Shown here: positions 41,652 to 49,785 of the stretch, in pieces
Numbering within the stretch: position 1 is the stretch's first letter
Layout: each line of letters starts with the position of its first letter
DNA from: Candidatus Latescibacterota bacterium
GTDB taxonomy: Bacteria > Latescibacterota > UBA2968 > UBA8231
Assembly (NCBI GenBank): GCA_965218365.1
Contig: OZ244619.1
Coordinates: 3,715,231 to 3,779,230, forward strand
Length of the DNA: 64,000 nt
Direction: 5' to 3'
Notes under the pieces: generated by a model
What the model was told of the DNA's origin: nothing
Databases searched by the model: none
What the model saw: only the letters and a program-made list of their open reading frames with translations
Translations under genes and position numbers: made by a program

Positions 41652-41822
41652 GGATTGGCCTGCTTTTCATTTGAGAGTAAGATGATCGAATACTAAAGGT
41701 CTGATTCGGCAGCTTCATCGGTGCTTTGCTGCGCTACTTAGTCGCAATACAGATCCAGAGTCGACGAGTGGAACAACCTCGTCGGTGTCGCCGAACACGC
41801 CGCAACTGAAACGCGCCTGCCC

Positions 41823-42057
41823 TCTCCGTCTGACCTCCTCCGCGATGGGCGCCGGTGAGCCCTTACGGAGAAATGCGTCCTGAATGGTCTCAGCGAGGAC
41901 CGGGTTGGACCCGGTACGGGCCCACAGGCCACCCAACCCTACTGCGAGCCCTGTCAAACGACCTGCAAACGATCCTCAGCGAGCTTGCCCTGCCCCTTGT
42001 GTGTGTTCGGCGCCTTGACAAGAGGGCCGAAAAGGTGCCTCATTTTTCCTATACTTT
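41823..42057 (+). mobile_element. IS91/ISCR-family element remnant, copy 12 (tail only); right bracket of the HEPN cassette
   Basis: tctccgtctgacctcctccgcgatgggcgccggtgagccc...tcctatactt. Confidence 0.8.
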
Positions 42058-42058
42058 C

Positions 42059-42606
42059 CCGATTTCAAGCTGATCCCCGCCGCGGTGGAACCGGAGCAAC
42101 CGGACGACCGTGGCCGCGGGCTCACCCATGCCCACGGGCCGGCGATGATCAACCGCGGCGACCGGACCCTGATGTGGTACGGGATGTTCTTCGGCAGCGA
42201 CGTGCGCTGCGCCAGCTGGCACCGGGACCGGCTTGGGTGTTTCGAGACCTTCGACGAGATGATCTTCGGCGAGGGGGAGTTCTTTCCGATCACGCGGCCG
42301 CGGCCGCACTTTATCAGCTGCCCTATGTGCGCTGGGGACGGTCCGCTGAAACTGTTCGCCAACGCCGATCTGAACGAGCACTGTCCGCTGACGGTGGAGG
42401 TGCTGGATGAGGGGTTCCATCCGCTGCCGGGGTATTCCGGGGATGCCTATGTGCCGCTGGCGGAGGATGGCTTCCGGTTGCCGGTGCGCTGGAAGGAAAG
42501 GGATGAGCTGCCGGCGGGGGAGACGTTGCGCCTGCAGGTGAACTACGGCGATGGGCTGCGGCCGGAGGATGCCAAGGTGTACGCGCTCTACGTGGCGAAG
42601 GAGTAG
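42059..42606 (+). pseudogene. C-terminal ~170-aa fragment of a beta-propeller GH-like paralog, N-terminally cut by element copy 12
   Basis: ..HFISCPMCAGDGPLKLFANADLNEHCPLTVEVLDEGFHPLPGYSGD...LRPEDAKVYALYV aligns with the C-terminus of the 16880..18394 protein ([13 protein letters not shown]...[13 protein letters not shown]). Confidence 0.5.
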
Positions 42607-42660
42607 GTCGATCCGACGAAAATCATGGATCCAATTAACCGAGAGCGAGGAGATTGAGAC

Positions 42661-44292
42661 GTGAATGCAGACCATATGAAGGCGCGCTGGCGGCAACGCC
42701 GGATCATTTACAACAACGACGGCGACGATGTAATCGAAGCACGCTCCGGAGTGGAACATGAGTATGACGTCTCCGCAGCCACGACGGTACGCGCCACCGG
42801 AGATCTGGTACAAGATTTTCTCGATGCCCGCAGCACGCCTCTGATCGGCACCCAGGTGGACAGCAACTGGTTCGCCAGCTGCATGGCGGGCCTCACCTTT
42901 TCACACCATACGAAGTTGGGCGGATTCTACGGCAAGGGGATCCCGCTGGAGCTGGTGGAGAAATACGGGCGCGACAGTTTGCAGGTACAGCTGGATTTCA
43001 GCCACGAGCACGGCATGGAAGCAGCTTGGTGCCTGCGCATGAACGATGTCCACGACGCGTTCCCCATGGGTTCGCGTCCATGGACCTACGGTCTGGCCAA
43101 GTTCAAGCGAGACCATCCGCAATGCTTGATGGGCAAGGAGGGCGATTGGGAGAAATACGGCCAGCACGACCCGCGGTCTGGATGGACGCGATTGGATTTC
43201 GCTGTTCCAGAGGCGCGCGAGCACATCTTCGGCATCATTCAGGAGGTGGCGCAGAACTACGACGTGGACTGTATCGGCATGGAGTTCTTCAAGTACTGGC
43301 CCTTCTTCCGTGAGTCGCTGGAGGGCAATCCCGTCGAACCGGAGCATCTGGAGTTGATGAACGATTTTTTGCGGCGCATCCGGCACATGGCGGACGAGCA
43401 GGCCAACCGCCGCGGCCGCCCACTGCTGCTGGCGGCGCATACCCCGTTCAGCCTCGCCGATTCGATCCACGTGGGGGGCGACCTGGAAACGTGGCTGAAG
43501 GAAGGATTGATCGATCAGCTCATGCCCGGCGGCAACTACGAATCGGTTTTCTGCAGTTCCTACAGCGACATCATCGCACTGGGACACAAGTACGAGGTTC
43601 CGGTCTATCCCTGCGTGTCCTGGGGCTTCTGGGATCGCTGGGCCTTTCTCGGACTTACCGATGGCAAATACAGACAGTTCGGGTCGTGGTTAGAGACCCT
43701 CTACGGAGCTCAGCCCGAGCGCGTCGGCAGACCGTCGTTTATTCTGGTGTTCAACAGCTGGGAGGGCACAATGGCCGCGTGGCGGGGAGCCGCCTCGAAT
43801 CTGTTCAATTCCGGCGCCGATGGGCTCTACCTCTTCAATCCCCAGTTCGGGGAGCCGCAATGGTGGCGCGAGATCGGCGAACCGGCAACCATGGCCGGCA
43901 AAGACAAGCTCTACGGCATCGAGCGTTTTACAGGCCCCGACAGCTTTACCGAAACTCCGGAGGTTACCCTCCCCGTGTCCGCGGGTTTTCAGGTGGGCGA
44001 GGAGGTCGGATCCGCCGGTGCGCGCAGCATCGATTTCAGCCTGCATCTGTGGGATTGGGCTCCCGGCGACGACCTCTCGGTGAAACTCAACGGCGCGGCG
44101 GTCGAGGGGCTAAATCCGGTCGATCCGGACCGCAACCCCAAGGAAGGTCAGTGGCTGCGGGGCACGCTCGATGCCAGACAGATCCGTCGCGGTGAGAATC
44201 AGCTGGACGTGGCGGTTAAGAACCGCGGCGAGTCCGCTTCGTCTGCGGTCGTGCTTGACGCAGCGCAGCTGCGGGTTCGTGCGAAGGAGTAG
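42661..44292 (+). CDS. Conserved hypothetical protein, paralog of 19662..21290
   Basis: See 19662..21290. Full length and intact. Confidence 0.45.
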   Translation: MNADHMKARWRQRRIIYNNDGDDVIEARSGVEHEYDVSAATTVRATGDLVQDFLDARSTPLIGTQVDSNWFASCMAGLTFSHHTKLGGFYGKGIPLELVEKYGRDSLQVQLDFSHEHGMEAAWCLRMNDVHDAFPMGSRPWTYGLAKFKRDHPQCLMGKEGDWEKYGQHDPRSGWTRLDFAVPEAREHIFGIIQEVAQNYDVDCIGMEFFKYWPFFRESLEGNPVEPEHLELMNDFLRRIRHMADEQANRRGRPLLLAAHTPFSLADSIHVGGDLETWLKEGLIDQLMPGGNYESVFCSSYSDIIALGHKYEVPVYPCVSWGFWDRWAFLGLTDGKYRQFGSWLETLYGAQPERVGRPSFILVFNSWEGTMAAWRGAASNLFNSGADGLYLFNPQFGEPQWWREIGEPATMAGKDKLYGIERFTGPDSFTETPEVTLPVSAGFQVGEEVGSAGARSIDFSLHLWDWAPGDDLSVKLNGAAVEGLNPVDPDRNPKEGQWLRGTLDARQIRRGENQLDVAVKNRGESASSAVVLDAAQLRVRAKE

Positions 44293-44293
44293 C

Positions 44294-44440
44294 CAACAAT
44301 GGCCGAACCCACAGTACCCCGCCTGCCGGTAGTCCTGGACATTGGCAACGAACGCCAGCTGTTCGTCGACGACTATTTGATCGACGGACTGGAGAATATC
44401 TCGCGCTTCGTCCACCAGCCGGTGTCGCGCGCAAGATGGT
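44294..44440 (+). pseudogene. N-terminal fragment of a beta-propeller GH-like paralog (internally deleted)
   Basis: MAEPTVPRLPVVLDIGNERQLFVDDYLIDGLENISRFVHQPVSRAR, followed directly by ..KMVTFASYDFETWTQAS.. (compare ..[21 protein letters not shown] in paralog 1). A premature stop follows. Confidence 0.4.
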
Positions 44441-44452
44441 GACCTTCGCCTC

Positions 44453-44646
44453 CTACGATTTCGAGACCTGGACCCAGGCCTCCTGTCTCAGTTTCCGCTG
44501 CGATGAGGTGTCGCCACGGCGCATGCAGCTCTGCGGGGTGCCCGACTTGCCGTCGCGGCTGTGCCCCAACTGAGCCAGCTCACAGTGGCTGCCCTCGAAG
44601 TAGGTCGAGGTCAGGTCGTAGAGCACCAGCGTGTGCTCGCTGAGGT
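44453..44646 (-). pseudogene. IS4-superfamily (IS1634-like) transposase N-terminal fragment
   Basis: ..HTLVLYDLTSTYFEGSHCELAQLGHSRDGKSGTPQ.. corresponds to the conserved YDxTSxYFEG...G[HY]S[KR]D.RPD.[KP]Q N-terminal motif of IS1634/IS4-type DDE transposases. It abuts the 5' end of element copy 13. Confidence 0.4.
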
Positions 44647-44873
44647 GCTCCTCCGCGATGGGCGCCGGTGAGCCCTTACGGAGAAATGCGTCCTGAATGG
44701 TCTCAGCGAGGACCGGGTTGGACCCGATACGGGCCCACAGGCCACCAAACCTTACTGCGAGCCCTGTCAAACGACCTGCAAACGATCCTCAGCGAGCTTG
44801 CCCTGCCCCTTGTGTGTGTTCGGCGCCTTGACAAGAGGGCCGAAAAGGGGCCTCATTTTTCCTATACTTTGAC
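44647..44873 (+). mobile_element. IS91/ISCR-family element remnant, copy 13 (tail only)
   Basis: ctcctccgcgatgggcgccggtgagccc...tcctatactt. Confidence 0.8.
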
Positions 44874-45215
44874 GAATGAGCTGACCACGCTGCCGGCAAG
44901 CAGCCTTGTGTCGCTGATGTGCCTCCGTTGCTACCAGGATGCTCTCACAACGGGCAAACATGGCATATCCGACCTTGTCGATGAGCTCCTCATCGCGAAT
45001 ACCCAATTCTTCTGTTGCGTAGAGACCCCTTATCCAATTCGGAGATACCCGCCCTGCCCACTGTGGAATTTCATTTCTCATGCCATGCCAATTTCAGGTA
45101 ACGTTATGCCGGTTGCCGAACCTGCGAAGTGGATTGCCGAAGGCCAAGGCGCGAACAGCGCCGAAGCGCAAACCGTGCTGTTACCCGATGTGTCAAACCA
45201 CCCGACGCGCCGGCG

Positions 45216-45596
45216 CTACTTCACTCGCTCTCGAGGAACGACACGAATTGCATCATCTAGCTGGCGCGACAATGGCGAAAATTCGGCACCAGACTTCGGA
45301 TCAATCACTGCAATCGTGTAGTCAACTGTGGTATCAGCGTAAACCTGAACAACCTTGTAGTCGATGGACGGGTTCGGCTCCACAACGCGGATTGAATACT
45401 TAGCGCCCAACTCAGGAACATCCACGTGGCGCATTTGTTTCAAAGCGTGCTCGACCCTTCGAACCAAAGACGAGTCATCTTGAACGACCAGCGATAATGG
45501 CTCTTCTGCGGGCTCGTCGCAGCTAGTCGCCAGGAGTGCCCCTACTGCTGAACAGATAATCCAGAGTCGTCGTCGCATCATGTTCTGATCTCGCAT
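45216..45596 (-). CDS. Hypothetical lipoprotein (signal peptide plus lipobox LATSC)
   Basis: 126 aa with RBS gaggaaa. A 14-bp perfect inverted repeat sits immediately upstream. Confidence 0.4.
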   Translation of the reverse strand: MRDQNMMRRRLWIICSAVGALLATSCDEPAEEPLSLVVQDDSSLVRRVEHALKQMRHVDVPELGAKYSIRVVEPNPSIDYKVVQVYADTTVDYTIAVIDPKSGAEFSPLSRQLDDAIRVVPRERVK

Positions 45597-45807
45597 TTCC
45601 TCTAACTGCCAGTATGCGAACCATTGGTTCGCATACTGGCCGCCAAGTGCTACATATCTGAAACGAAGGTTTCTATTATTGTGAACAGTGGCAACCAGTA
45701 TCCTCGAGGCCGAATATTCTCATAACTCTTTGCTATTGTTTGAGATAGATCGATTCTTCTGAGGTCTGTCGCATCTCGCATGCATTTCCCTGGCAAAGGT
45801 TTGGAGA

Positions 45808-46000
45808 ATGCACGCAATGCGGAAATATCGCGGACACCCGGGCCTGACCGATGAAGAGATAGCTGTCCTCGGCCGGGTCGAGTTGGAGCTGAAGCTGAGG
45901 GGATACGCCAGGAAGACGCGGAAGTCGTACAAGGGCTACTGCCGGCGACTCCTTCAATGGAAACGGGGCTACCGCGGCAAAGGGCAGTCGGCGTTATTGT
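45808..46000 (+). pseudogene. Tyrosine recombinase (phage-integrase family) N-terminal SAM-like domain fragment
   Basis: ..LTDEEIAVLGRVELELKLRGYARKTRKSYKGYCRRLLQW resembles the core-binding N-domain (L.LRGYS..T...Y......F..W). Recognisable integrase sequence ends after about 60 aa. Confidence 0.3.
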
Positions 46001-46117
46001 CAACAAGCAACCTCAATCAATCAGACTTTATCCCAATAGCTGCAGCACAAGATACACGGTTGTTTGATTACTTTCTCCCCACTTCTGGCGCGCCGCTCGA
46101 CTAGCCCCTGTCACCCA

Positions 46118-46741
46118 TCATATTCTCTTCCCAATAGACATGAAATGGTGAGGATAGACGTAGGGATCGTAGGGTTTCCTGCTCGTTGTTTCGGGACGTT
46201 CCTTGAAGTGCTGCCTGATTATAAAGTTTATCTGGATGAACCATGATTCGTTCCAGGCATAGCCGAGTCCTGCCAATACATTCCATCCCATTCCTCCAAA
46301 TCCATCCCCGGTGAAAGTCCACCCACCTCCAGAACGCCTGTGTTTCTTCGCAGTTACGTGAGATACCCCTAAATCGAGCCGGTAGAACCATCCCTGGGCC
46401 TTTTCCTGGGAATCGAACTGTATGGCGCTGATGTTCAGATTCAGGGGAATGGCCCAGGTCCAGGAGTCTCTATACTTCCTGCTTCCGAATGAATCTACTA
46501 TGGCGGTAAACGATATTCCTGCAAACAGGAATTCATTTCCAATCGGATGATTTAGAGCTATCTGAGATCCCAGGGCACCATCCGTAAAAGGGAAGGGAAC
46601 TAGCGTAGAAGGAAATATGTAGTGCCGACCATAGCCCAGACTCCACCAGCTTTTCCATCCCTTTTCTTTGGTTGGCTCGAGCTCGAGAGTGGAACTTCCG
46701 GCTGGAAGGATCAACAGGATGATCAGAAGGATCGGTTTCAT
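46118..46741 (-). CDS. Hypothetical secreted protein, low-GC
   Basis: 207 aa. Signal peptide MKPILLIILLILPAGSS. Rich in aromatic residues and Gly. Confidence 0.35.
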   Translation of the reverse strand: MKPILLIILLILPAGSSTLELEPTKEKGWKSWWSLGYGRHYIFPSTLVPFPFTDGALGSQIALNHPIGNEFLFAGISFTAIVDSFGSRKYRDSWTWAIPLNLNISAIQFDSQEKAQGWFYRLDLGVSHVTAKKHRRSGGGWTFTGDGFGGMGWNVLAGLGYAWNESWFIQINFIIRQHFKERPETTSRKPYDPYVYPHHFMSIGKRI

Positions 46742-46759
46742 TTTACCTGTCTGATATCC

Positions 46760-47040
46760 TGAATCCTATCTTGGGATTGGGAGGTCCGTCGGTTGGCGAT
46801 TGCTTTGACAATGCCCTGTGCGAAAGTTTCTTTGCTACTTTGGAATGCGAACTCATAGATCGCCATACCTTTCGCTCTCAAACCCAGGCTCGCATCGCCC
46901 TTTTCCGTTTTATCGAGGGTTGGTACAACCCCCATCGCAGCCACTCGGCCATAGACTATATGTCGCCCATCAGCTATGAAAAGAGATGGAAGGAACGTCC
47001 GCAAATCTCAAGTCCAAAACTGTCCACCAAACCGGGGTAA
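46760..47040 (+). pseudogene. IS3-family transposase (OrfB/rve integrase core) C-terminal fragment
   Basis: ..GDCFDNALCESFFATLECELIDRHTFRSQTQARIALFRFIEGWYNPHRSHSAIDYMSPISYE is the canonical IS3-family OrfB C-terminus (G.C.DNA..ESFF..LK.E......T...A......YIE.WYN..R.HS.L.Y.SP..YE). Confidence 0.65.
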
Positions 47041-47195
47041 CTCCACCTCTGCTATTGGGGGCTTTCGAGGTATTCATTTCGAACTCGTTTCTATACAGGG
47101 AAGTGTAAGCCCGATAGTCCATCCGTCTGGCAAAATATACCATACATCCTACACACCTCGGACTTTCGAAAATATCTCGGTTTTTCAACGGACTG

Positions 47196-48116
47196 CTAGA
47201 ACAGGCCGGCGTAGATCCTGATCACCTTGTCGAGAAGTTCGAGGGCCGAGCTGCGCTGGCGCTGGAAGGCGTTGCGTCCGATGATGGAGCCGAATCCGCC
47301 CCCGTCGCGGATGCCGCGGATCTCCTCGAAAATTTCCGCCTCGCCCCTGGCAGCGCCGCCGGAGAAGATCACCACGCGGCGTGCGTCGAAGGCGGACTGG
47401 ACAACGTGGCGGACGCGGTCGGCGAGGGTGTCCAGGGGCACTTCGCTGCCGGCGTAGGCCTTGCGGCTCTCTTCCTGCGCGATGTGCGCGCCTGGGGGTT
47501 TGACCTTGATGAGATGGGCTCCCGCCTGAGCCGCGATCTGGGCGGCGTAGGCCGATACGTCCACCGCGGTCTCGCCCTCCTTGCTGATGTCCGAGCCCCG
47601 CGGATATGACCACACCACCACCACCAAGCCGCAGCCCTTGGCCTCTTCGGCCAGGGCCTGCAGCTTCTCGTACATTTCGGTGCGCCGGGAGGAGCCGGGG
47701 TAGACGGTGTAGCCGATGCCGGCACAGCCCAGGCGCAGGGCGGCCTCAATGGAGCCGGTCAGGGCCTGGTCGGGATCTCTCTCGCCTCGGAGATTCTCGC
47801 GGTTGTTCAACTTGAGGATCAGGGGCAAATCGCCGGCATAGTCGCGGGCGCCGGCTTCGAGAAAACCCAGAGGGGCGGCGTAGGCGCTGAGACCGGCCTC
47901 GATGGCCAACTCGAAGTGGTAGTGCGGGTTGTAGGCCGGGGGATTGGGTGCGAAGCTGCGCCCCGGTCCATGCTCGACCCCCTGGTCGACGGGTAGAATC
48001 ACCACTTTTCCGCTGCCGCCCAGTTTGCCGTGATTGAGTATGCGCGCCAGATTGGAAAGAGTGCCGGGATTGTCGCTGCCGTACCAGCTCAGGATCTCGC
48101 GTATGCGCTTTTTCAT
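47196..48116 (-). CDS. fbaB: Class I fructose-bisphosphate aldolase (FbaB/DhnA type)
   Basis: Start at [11 protein letters not shown] with RBS aaggaagg. ..[38 protein letters not shown].. is collinear with E. coli FbaB (..[31 protein letters not shown]..). Confidence 0.75.
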   Translation of the reverse strand: MKKRIREILSWYGSDNPGTLSNLARILNHGKLGGSGKVVILPVDQGVEHGPGRSFAPNPPAYNPHYHFELAIEAGLSAYAAPLGFLEAGARDYAGDLPLILKLNNRENLRGERDPDQALTGSIEAALRLGCAGIGYTVYPGSSRRTEMYEKLQALAEEAKGCGLVVVVWSYPRGSDISKEGETAVDVSAYAAQIAAQAGAHLIKVKPPGAHIAQEESRKAYAGSEVPLDTLADRVRHVVQSAFDARRVVIFSGGAARGEAEIFEEIRGIRDGGGFGSIIGRNAFQRQRSSALELLDKVIRIYAGLF

Positions 48117-48319
48117 GGAATCGCCTTCCTTTTGTCCCTGCCCTCGTTTCTGAAATAATGAGCCAATCCGCCGCTTGGAGCAAGGAATTCCCATCGGGAG
48201 AAGGACGGCCTGGAAAGGAAGGAACCATCGAATACCCGCCCCTGACGGGATGGGAACTTTGGTCCGAAATTGGAGTTTTGAATATAAGCATCCACCTAAA
48301 CCGGAGAGGTGTAAACCAG

Positions 48320-49646
48320 ATGGCTGACAGAGAAGAAGAGATAAATGCGCTGGAGATGGCCCAGCAACAATTGGACAATGTCGCCGCCCGCATCAACCTG
48401 GACGAGGGCGTGCGCCGCCGCCTGCGCCGGCCCCAGCGCGCCCTCACCGTCTCCATTCCCACCGAGATGGACGACGGCACCCTCCAGATTTTCACCGGTT
48501 TCCGGGTGCAGCACAATCTCCAGCGTGGTCCGACCAAAGGCGGCATCCGCTACCATCCGGAGGTGACCCTGGACGAGGTGACGGCCCTGGCCATGTGGAT
48601 GACGTGGAAGTGCGCCCTGGTGAATATTCCATACGGGGGCGCCAAAGGCGGGGTGATCTGCAATCCCAAGGAGATGAGCCTCAAGGAGGTGGAGCGCATG
48701 ACCCGGCGCTTCACGGTGGAATTGATGATCATCCTGGGCCCCGACAAGGACATTCCCGCCCCCGACGTCAACACCAATGCCCAGATCATGGCGTGGATTC
48801 TCGACACCTACAGTATGAACGTGGGCCACTCGGTTCCCAGCGTGGTCACGGGCAAGCCCCTGGTGGTGGGGGGGTCGCGCGGGCGCGAGGAAGCTCAAGC
48901 CGGGACGCATGCACGAGCGCGCCGAGACGGGGGGGGGGGGGTCGCGCGGGCGCGAGGAAGCTACCAGCCGGGGTTGCGTCTGCACCGTGATGGAGGCCCT
49001 GAAACACCTGGGCATGTCGGTTGAAGGGGTGCGCGTGGTGGTGCAGGGCTTCGGCAACGTCGGGCGCACTGCGGCGCGGCTGCTTCAGGATGCGGGCGCC
49101 ACGGTGGTGGCGGTCAGCGACTCTCAAGGTGGAATCTACCATGCCCGGGGCCTGGACATGGACAGGGTTCAGGGCCACAAGCGCGAAGCGGGACAAGTGG
49201 GGGGATTCCCCGGGGCCGATGCGGTGAGCAACGAGGAGTTGCTGGAGCTGGACTGCGACGTGCTGATTCCGGCGGCACTGGGCAACCAGATCACCGAGGC
49301 CAACGCCGACCGCATTCGCGCCAAGATCGTGGCCGAAGGAGCCAACGGTCCCACCACCCCCGGCGCCGACCGCATTCTGGCCGCGCGCGATATATTCCTC
49401 CTCCCCGATATTCTCGCCAACGCCGGCGGCGTCACCGTCTCCTACTTCGAGTGGGTGCAGGGCCTCATGCAGTTTTTCTGGAGCGAGGAAGAGGTTAACG
49501 AGCAGCTCTACCGCATCATGGGCCAGGCCTTCCGGGACGTCCTGCAAGTGGCGCTTGCGGAAAAAGTGTACCTGCGCACCGCGGCGCAGATTCTGGCGGT
49601 GAAGCGGGTGGCTCAGGCGGACGAGGTGCGCGGCAAGTATCCCTAG
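48320..49646 (+). CDS. gdhA: Glutamate (Glu/Leu/Phe/Val) dehydrogenase, reading frame broken by a ~60-bp internal tandem duplication (possible pseudogene or assembly artefact)
   Basis: The N-terminal half (..[55 protein letters not shown]..) and the C-terminal half (..[17 protein letters not shown]...[14 protein letters not shown]..) are in different frames. The junction at 48868-48960 holds two copies of ggggtcgcgcgggcgcgaggaagct and a 13-G homopolymer. Confidence 0.65.
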
Positions 49647-49785
49647 AAGGGCGCCGTGAATCCACCCTGTCAGCGGCGCGCTGGGCAACCGTAGCACCGC
49701 CTCCGGCTTTACTCCAGTAGCGGATTAGTCCATATTTATTTTCCTGATTGCTGCAGATACGAACAACTCCCGCCATGGGTAATAT

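Noticed and set aside
41762-41784. Hairpin cgacgag-9 nt-ctcgtcg after the AAA+ gene as a rho-independent terminator
   Set aside because: There is no downstream U-run, so it cannot be called an intrinsic terminator with confidence. It is mentioned only as context in the cassette finding.
3293-44873. Possibility that the dispersed repeats form a CRISPR array or similar
   Set aside because: Units are 170-1050 bp, irregularly spaced kilobases apart, and contain transposase coding sequence. Nothing like short regular repeat-spacer architecture is present, and there are no cas genes.
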